Part shown: positions 15,302-20,000 of the stretch, piece by piece | Numbering within the stretch: position 1 is the stretch's first letter | How the letters are laid out: each line of letters starts with the position of its first letter | DNA from: an uncultured Clostridia bacterium | GTDB taxonomy: Bacteria; CAYTYR01; UBA6262 | Reading direction: 5' to 3' | Assembly: GCA_964441745.1 (NCBI GenBank) | Contig: CAYTYR010000002.1 | Location: forward strand, 106,325 to 126,324 | Length of the DNA stretch: 20,000 nt | Position numbers and translations under genes: made by a program | Notes under the pieces: model-generated | Seen by the model: the letters and a program-made list of their open reading frames with translations, nothing else | Databases searched by the model: none | Told to the model about the DNA's origin: nothing

Positions 15302-15387
15302 TTCCGGTTTTAGAGTGCGGCCAACGGGAGTCTCCGCCAACAAGCTTTGGCGGACGCAGCGCAGAAGCCTTAGTGGAGGAGAAGAGT
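15302..15387 (+). repeat. Intergenic imperfect-palindrome repeat, copy 1 (lacks the 5' CTCCGCCAC)
   Basis: TTCCGGTTTTAGAGTGCGGCCAACGGGAGTCTCCGCCAACAAGCTTTGGCGGACGCAGCGCAGAAGCCTTAGTGGAGGAGAAGAGT. Confidence 0.9.
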
Positions 15388-15453
15388 TTCCTGGTTATTA
15401 GATAGAGATAGTCATCAAGATTAGCATGGAATAAAGCCACTGTAAATAGCATA

Positions 15454-15516
15454 ATTAGTATATTATACTTGACAATTTATTAGTATATATAGTATATTAA
15501 TATTAGTAATTACTAA
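15454..15516 (+). promoter_or_regulatory. Sigma70 promoter with operator-like repeats
   Basis: TTGACA 15469-15474 and TATATT 15493-15498. ATTAGTATAT occurs at 15454 and 15479, and the perfect palindrome TTAGTAATTACTAA at 15503-15516. Confidence 0.6.
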
Positions 15517-15554
15517 AGTAATGCACCTGCAAAACAGAAGGGGCGCTCTAAACA

Positions 15555-16844
15555 ATGCCTGAGAATTTTAGAAGAAAAATATTTACAAATCTTAAGAGTT
15601 TTATTAAAGATAAAGAAATTATTGTTATCCATGGTTCCCGCCAAGTTGGGAAGACATGGCTTATGCGTTATATTACAGACCAACATCTTAAAGATCTGGT
15701 GCCGAATAATAACATATTCTATTTTGACCTTGAAGATTTTCGCTTATTGGAGCTATGTAATTCATCCGCCGAAGAGGTCGTTTCCTACCTCAAAGCAAAG
15801 GGGGCAGATTTTCAACAAAAAATCTTTTTACTCATAGATGAGATCCAATATCTCAACAATCCCTCTAGTTTTCTCAAATATTTTTATGATCACTACCAGG
15901 ATAATGTAAAATTAATAGTATCCGGCTCTTCCAGTTTATTAATAAAGAGAAAATTTCAGGATAGCCTGGTAGGAAGAACAATGGAATTTGAGTTGTTTAC
16001 TTTGGATTTTGAGGAATTCCTGAAGTTTAAGAAATATAATTACGATCTTGAAGGAGATCTGCCCAAAAAACTGCATGAAGAGTTAAAAGTACTTTACCAT
16101 GAGTTTGTGCTTTTTGGCGGATATCCGGCTGTTGTATTGGAGAATGAAACAGACAAAAAAGAGTTAAAGCTGAAACAAATAATAAATACTTATATTAAAA
16201 AAGATATTCGGGACTTGGCCGAGATCAGGGATATAGATAAATTTAACAATTTGGTAAAGATGGTTTCCGCGCAAACAGGAAGTCTAATGAATGTTTTAGA
16301 GTTGGCTACTACGCTTGGCTTAGCTAAGCAAACAGTACAGGGATACCTGTTTCTTCTGGAAAACACTTACATTATCAGGAGAATTAAACCCTTTCACCGC
16401 AATATAAGAAGCGAACTTAGCAAAATGCCAAAGGTTTTCCTGGAAGATACCGGCTTGGCAAATGTTTTAATCAATAAAACATTTTCTTTTAATATGGATG
16501 GTAATTTACTGGAAAACAGCGTTTATTCCCAAATTCGCAAGAATATTCCGGTAGAAAATATTAATTATTGGAGAACCATTAAAAAACAGGAAGTTGATTT
16601 TGTAATTGATTACATCGATCGAGAAGGCAAAAAGGTGTTATTGGCTGTAGAAGTGAAAAACATGTTTCTGAATAAATATAGTTCTAATCTCCGCTACTTC
16701 AAACAGCAATATAAGCAAGCCGAGATATATTTTTGTTGCCTGGATAAAAAGGAAACATCAAAAGATAGCCAGGTTAAGATTATTTATCCCTGGGAATTAT
16801 TAAAAACCCTGAATCTCAAGGTTAAGCCAGGGATTCCTTACTAA
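15555..16844 (+). CDS. AAA_14-family ATPase with a C-terminal DUF4143 (PD-(D/E)XK-like) domain
   Basis: Walker A HGSRQVGKT, Walker B LLIDEIQY, VSGSSS, SLVGR, FGGYPAV, MPKVFLEDTGL and YWRT...EVDFVI...AVEVK. Confidence 0.88.
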   Translation: MPENFRRKIFTNLKSFIKDKEIIVIHGSRQVGKTWLMRYITDQHLKDLVPNNNIFYFDLEDFRLLELCNSSAEEVVSYLKAKGADFQQKIFLLIDEIQYLNNPSSFLKYFYDHYQDNVKLIVSGSSSLLIKRKFQDSLVGRTMEFELFTLDFEEFLKFKKYNYDLEGDLPKKLHEELKVLYHEFVLFGGYPAVVLENETDKKELKLKQIINTYIKKDIRDLAEIRDIDKFNNLVKMVSAQTGSLMNVLELATTLGLAKQTVQGYLFLLENTYIIRRIKPFHRNIRSELSKMPKVFLEDTGLANVLINKTFSFNMDGNLLENSVYSQIRKNIPVENINYWRTIKKQEVDFVIDYIDREGKKVLLAVEVKNMFLNKYSSNLRYFKQQYKQAEIYFCCLDKKETSKDSQVKIIYPWELLKTLNLKVKPGIPY

Positions 16845-16846
16845 TG

Positions 16847-16970
16847 ACTCCGCCACTGCCGGTTTTAGAGTGCGGCCAATGGGAGTCTCCGCCAACATCC
16901 TCCAATAAGCTTTGGCGGACTAAAGAGCTTTGGCGGACGCAGCGCAGAAGCCTTAGTGGAGGAGAAGAGT
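16847..16970 (+). repeat. Intergenic imperfect-palindrome repeat, copy 2 (internal duplication of AGCTTTGGCGGAC)
   Basis: ACTCCGCCACTGCCGGTTTTAGAGTGCGGCCAATGGGAGTCTCCGCCAAC...GCAGCGCAGAAGCCTTAGTGGAGGAGAAGAGT. It begins 3 nt after the ATPase stop codon. Confidence 0.9.
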
Positions 16971-17041
16971 GGGTAAAATAGGCAGCTTTCACGATTCAGT
17001 GCCTGCCCTTGCAGTTTTATATTAAGGTTATTGATAAATCC

Positions 17042-17085
17042 TTGACACTTAGTAGTAAATATGTTATTCTTACAGTAGTAAATAT
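17042..17085 (+). promoter_or_regulatory. Sigma70 promoter with a direct-repeat operator
   Basis: TTGACA 17042, 17-nt spacer, TGtTATTCT. AGTAGTAAATAT is repeated at 17051-17062 and 17074-17085. Confidence 0.7.
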
Positions 17086-17103
17086 TACCAGGAGGTGATA
17101 AAT

Positions 17104-17376
17104 ATGCTCGCCAAAGTCAGTATTAAACACCAGATTACGATTCCCAAAAACATCGCGGTTGCTTTTAATCTCAAAAAAGGGGACTTTCTGGAAATTGAGA
17201 GAAAGGGAAATAAGATTATTATGATTCCAAAAGAAGTTATTCTTGAAGATAAATATCCACAGGAAAGCCTGGCGGCCGCGGAAAAAATCCTGGCCAAAGG
17301 CCTGCCTAAAGAAGAAATCACCTTTAACTCAGGGGTAGCCGTGGTAGACTTTTTTAAAAAAAGGGTTAAAAAATGA
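17104..17376 (+). CDS. AbrB/MazE/SpoVT-family DNA-binding protein (putative antitoxin)
   Basis: GGAGGTG RBS precedes ATG 17104. Motif AKVSIKHQITIPKNIAVAFNLKKGDFLEI...KIIMIP. ATGA overlap with the next gene. Confidence 0.85.
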   Translation: MLAKVSIKHQITIPKNIAVAFNLKKGDFLEIERKGNKIIMIPKEVILEDKYPQESLAAAEKILAKGLPKEEITFNSGVAVVDFFKKRVKK

Positions 17377-17660
17377 GATATTTTGTTCTGCGTTCGTTTG
17401 TCAAAAAATTTGATAGCTGCACAAAAACAGAACAGGAAGCAATTAATCTTGTCATAGAGCAAATCAAAAATTATTTGGAAACCAATCAGGAGCCTTATGG
17501 ATTGAGAATTAAAAGTCTTTCCTTAAGGATTTATGAAGCCAGAGTTAATATTCACCTGCGGATTGTTTATTTTCGCCAAAAGGACATAGTAAAATTCTTT
17601 TGTTTAGGCGATCATGACGATATCAAAAGGTTTCTTAAAAACGTAAAGAAATTTCTGTAA
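17373..17660 (+). CDS. Putative RelE/ParE-superfamily toxin
   Basis: Basic 95-aa protein coupled to the AbrB gene, reading SFVKKFD...GLRIKSL...IYEARVNIHLRIVY...LGDHDDI. Confidence 0.7.
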   Translation: MRYFVLRSFVKKFDSCTKTEQEAINLVIEQIKNYLETNQEPYGLRIKSLSLRIYEARVNIHLRIVYFRQKDIVKFFCLGDHDDIKRFLKNVKKFL

Positions 17661-17750
17661 AACTCCGCCACTTCCGGTTTTAGAGCGCGGCCAATGGGAG
17701 TCTCCGCCAAGAAGATAGGCGGACACAGCGCCGAGTATTAGTGGAGGAGT
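17661..17750 (+). repeat. Intergenic imperfect-palindrome repeat, copy 3
   Basis: AACTCCGCCACTTCCGGTTTTAGAGCGCGGCCAATGGGAGTCTCCGCCAAGAAGATAGGCGGACACAGCGCCGAGTATTAGTGGAGGAGT. It abuts the toxin stop codon. Confidence 0.9.
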
Positions 17751-17773
17751 AAAGTGATTAAATGAGTAGTATT

Positions 17774-17827
17774 TATACGATACAATCGTATATTTTCTTG
17801 ACAATATATACGATATTATCGTATAAT
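17774..17827 (+). promoter_or_regulatory. Sigma70 promoter overlapped by two palindromic operators with identical arms
   Basis: TATACGAT-N3-ATCGTATA at 17774-17792 and 17807-17825. TTGACA 17798-17803 and TATAAT 17822-17827. Confidence 0.8.
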
Positions 17828-17843
17828 TAGCTAGGAGGGATAA

Positions 17844-19022
17844 ATGGAAACTCTATTTTATCGCTATAACCCCTGGTGGGAAGGAAAGTTAACTTTAGAG
17901 GGCATAATAGAGCGGTCTAAGCCGTTGTCTATAATGCGCAGAAATCTCCAGACCAAGCAGATAGTTCTCTTAACTGGTTTAAGAAGGGTAGGGAAAACCA
18001 CTCTTCTTAAGCTTTTTATCAAGAGTCTTATAGAAAGAGAGAACATTGACGCGAAACATATATTTTATATAAGTCTTGATGATTATTTATTAACAAAAAA
18101 ATCGATAATAGAGATAGTAGATGAATTCAGATCGATCAATAAGATAAGTTTTAAGGAGAAAGTATATCTTTTCTTTGATGAGATCACTTATAAAAAAGAT
18201 TTTGAGCTTCAATTAAAGAACTTGTACGATAGCCAGGAAGTAAAAATATATGCTTCTTCTTCCAGCGCGTCTGTTTTAAGGAGCCGCAAACCTTATTTAA
18301 CCGGGCGGCATGTTACTTTAGAAATTATGCCATTAGACTTTCAGGAATATTTAATATTTAAGCAAATCAATATTCAAAAAAGTGACCAGCACCTGGTCGC
18401 GTCGCATTTTGAAGGTTTCCTCTTCACTGGAGGATTGCCTGAATATGTTCTTCATGGGGATATAGAGTATTTAAAGGAACTGGTTGATGACATTATATAC
18501 AAAGATATCGCTTCCTTTTATAAGATCAGAAAACCTCAAATATTAAAAGATTATTTTGTTCTGCTGATGGAACGCGCCGGCAAAGTGGTAAGTATAAATA
18601 AAATAGCTCATATATTAAAGATTTCTCCGGATACCGCTAAAAGGTATCTAAAGATGTTTGCTGATACTTATCTGATATATTTAGTATCAAGGCACGGCAA
18701 AACAAATGATAACATCCTTGCGCCCAAGAAAATCTATGCGGCTGATCTGGGGGTAAGATGCATATTTACAGGAAACAGGGATAAGGGGAGCCTTTTTGAA
18801 AACTATATTTATCTCAAGATCAAGGATGAAAATCCGAAATATCTATATCAGGATGGGACGGAAATAGATTATTTAACTGAAGATAAGACTCTTATTGAAG
18901 TAAAGTATGGGAAAGATTTAAATGAAATTCAGGAGAAATTATTTAAGAAATTCAAGGCAGATAAGAAGGTTATTATTAAAAGCAACTATGATTTGGAAAA
19001 ATATCTGGAAAAAGAGTATTAG
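17844..19022 (+). CDS. AAA_14-family ATPase with a C-terminal DUF4143-like domain
   Basis: YNPWW, Walker A TGLRRVGKT, Walker B FFDEI, LTGR, TGGLPEY, PKKIYAADLG and EIDYL...LIEVKY. RBS AGGAGG. Confidence 0.88.
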   Translation: METLFYRYNPWWEGKLTLEGIIERSKPLSIMRRNLQTKQIVLLTGLRRVGKTTLLKLFIKSLIERENIDAKHIFYISLDDYLLTKKSIIEIVDEFRSINKISFKEKVYLFFDEITYKKDFELQLKNLYDSQEVKIYASSSSASVLRSRKPYLTGRHVTLEIMPLDFQEYLIFKQINIQKSDQHLVASHFEGFLFTGGLPEYVLHGDIEYLKELVDDIIYKDIASFYKIRKPQILKDYFVLLMERAGKVVSINKIAHILKISPDTAKRYLKMFADTYLIYLVSRHGKTNDNILAPKKIYAADLGVRCIFTGNRDKGSLFENYIYLKIKDENPKYLYQDGTEIDYLTEDKTLIEVKYGKDLNEIQEKLFKKFKADKKVIIKSNYDLEKYLEKEY

Positions 19023-19033
19023 ATTAACCGTAA

Positions 19034-19128
19034 AACTCCGCCACTTCCGGTTTTAGAGTGCGGCCAATGGGAGTCTCCACCAAGAAGATAGGCGGACACA
19101 GCGCCGAGTATTAGTGGAGGAGAAGAGT
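19034..19128 (+). repeat. Intergenic imperfect-palindrome repeat, copy 4
   Basis: AACTCCGCCACTTCCGGTTTTAGAGTGCGGCCAATGGGAGTCTCCACCAAGAAGATAGGCGGACACAGCGCCGAGTATTAGTGGAGGAGAAGAGT. It starts 12 nt after the ATPase stop codon. Confidence 0.9.
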
Positions 19129-19204
19129 TAAGGTCACCTTCAATGCGGGAATGAAGGTGGCAGCGCATGACCCAGCAGTTTTTTGTAGGATCGGTTAATA
19201 AAAC

Positions 19205-19262
19205 TTGACAGTTTAGATGTAAAATGGTTTATTTTTAATTAAAACTGTCGCCAAACGACAGT
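19205..19262 (+). promoter_or_regulatory. Putative promoter/operator of the second abiEi-like gene
   Basis: TTGACA 19205-19210 with a weak -10. Inverted repeats GACAGTTT (19207-19214)/AAACTGTC (19242-19249) and ACTGTCG/CGACAGT (19244-19262). Confidence 0.5.
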
Positions 19263-19274
19263 ATTAAGGATAAT

Positions 19275-19910
19275 ATGCTAAATATTATTGAAGAAATCAG
19301 AGAAAATATTCCTCAGGATATTCTAACAGATGATATCCTTATGAATCTTAGGGATGGAAGTCCGAATAAGCGTTACGGAGTTGTTAAACGGGCGATTGCT
19401 AAAGGGGAGTTAGTCCATATTAAGCGGGGACTTTATCACTTGGCAAAAAAATATCAACGTAAAAGCCTTAATCTATTTGAATTGGCACAATGGATTTATG
19501 GGCCTTCCTATATTAGTTTTGAATCAGCTCTTTCTTATCATGGCTGTATTCCTGAATCGGTTTATGCTGTGATTAGCGCCTGCTCTCGAAATGCCAAAGA
19601 GTTTCACACCCCAGCGGGTTATTTTATTTATAAACGGATTCCTTATCCCATGCTTTATCTGGGTGTTGAACGAGTAAAATCCGAAAATAGTACGTTCTTT
19701 ATGGCCTCTCCTTTAAGAGCGGTTATGGATTATGTTTATGTTTATCGAAAAAACTGGAGAGGCATTGATCCGCTAATCAAAAGTTTGCGGATAGAAGAGC
19801 AGGCCATTAATCAATGGAATTATAGTTTAGGCTCTTCTCCTTTTCAAGTGGATGAATCTGACAGTTTTGGAAGCATACACGTAAGGACTTTGAGCCGTAG
19901 ATATTCTTGA
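19275..19910 (+). pseudogene. AbiEi-family antitoxin/regulator interrupted after codon 185 by an ISL3 insertion; the last ~26 codons are IS-derived
   Basis: Motifs GELVHIKRGLY, IYGPSYISFESALSYHGCIPE, MASPLRAVMDYVY and SLRIE. The sequence from 19830 onward is an IS end. Confidence 0.75.
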
Positions 19911-20000
19911 TCCTTGAGCCCGTAGGCTCTTCGTTGAAACACCCTGATTTTGTTATTGAGGCCTTCGACAAAGCCCAGGGAAACATTGTTCTTGTTTTCT
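19830..20000 (-). mobile_element. Right end of an ISL3-family insertion sequence (continues beyond the window)
   Basis: The terminus GGCTCTTCTCCTTTTCAAGTGG starts at 19830 (ISL3-type GGCTCT end). It lies just past the transposase stop and next to an AT-rich target. Confidence 0.85.
19844..19999 (-). CDS. C-terminal fragment of an ISL3-family transposase
   Basis: My minus-strand translation is ENKNNVSLGFVEGLNNKIRVFQRRAYGLKDQEYLRLKVLTCMLPKLSDSST*, which has the ISL3 motif EG.NNKI....RRAYG. Confidence 0.88.
   Translation of the reverse strand, partial: ENKNNVSLGFVEGLNNKIRVFQRRAYGLKDQEYLRLKVLTCMLPKLSDSST

Noticed and set aside
17604-17804. Minus-strand 66-aa ORF running through repeat copy 3
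   Set aside because: The frame is not maintained in the other copies because of indels, there is no RBS or recognisable motif, and it overlaps the toxin gene and a promoter.
238-18046. Numerous short antisense or alternate-frame ORFs in the track (e.g. 1542-2024, 5714-6124, 9831-10223, 11539-11919, 17085-17462)
   Set aside because: They overlap well-supported genes and show no recognisable motifs, so they are treated as shadow ORFs.
15302-19128. CRISPR array or tracrRNA, since the repeats contain GTTTTAGAG like type II-A repeats
   Set aside because: The match is only 9-10 nt, the repeats are ~90-125 bp, the intervals are 0.7-1.5 kb gene-bearing segments, and there are no cas genes.
15302-19128. 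Canonical integron attC array
   Set aside because: RYYYAAC/GTTRRRY boxes are not conserved across the four copies and no intI is present. It is kept only as a non-canonical cassette hypothesis.
19133-19161. Hairpin GTCACCTTCA...TGAAGGTGGC as an intrinsic terminator
   Set aside because: No U-tract directly follows the stem and it is single-copy, so no function can be supported.
19830-19910. C-terminal tail of the 211-aa ORF as genuine AbiEi sequence
   Set aside because: It is read-through into the ISL3 end, antisense to the transposase.

Overview
Bacterial chromosomal window with all intact genes on the + strand. The backbone is a cell-surface/exopolysaccharide locus: an S74-domain protein end, two secreted proteins with a FlgD-Ig/T9SS-type C-terminal domain, a UDP-HexNAc epimerase, an intein-containing WbpA-type dehydrogenase, a small MerR-type HTH gene missed by the ORF track, a PorV-like beta-barrel fused to a Wza/OPX export module, a split Wzc (co-polymerase plus tyrosine kinase) and a stand-alone PorV-like barrel. 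AT-richer accessory modules are interleaved with it: an AbiEi/AbiEii type IV TA pair, three ATPase-wHTH-PD-(D/E)XK genes, an AbrB/RelE-like pair, a second AbiEi interrupted by an ISL3 element, and three four-helix-bundle genes. The most unusual signals are non-coding. (1) Two four-helix-bundle genes sit in the loop of large palindromes built of short tandem repeats, and a third retains only one arm. Two ORF-less copies of one palindrome occur nearby, and similar 7-nt arrays lie inside four signal-peptide coding regions. (2) A separate imperfect palindrome of about 90-125 bp recurs four times and delimits self-promoted ATPase/TA gene units, like a cassette array. All calls come from reading motifs by eye; no searches were run.
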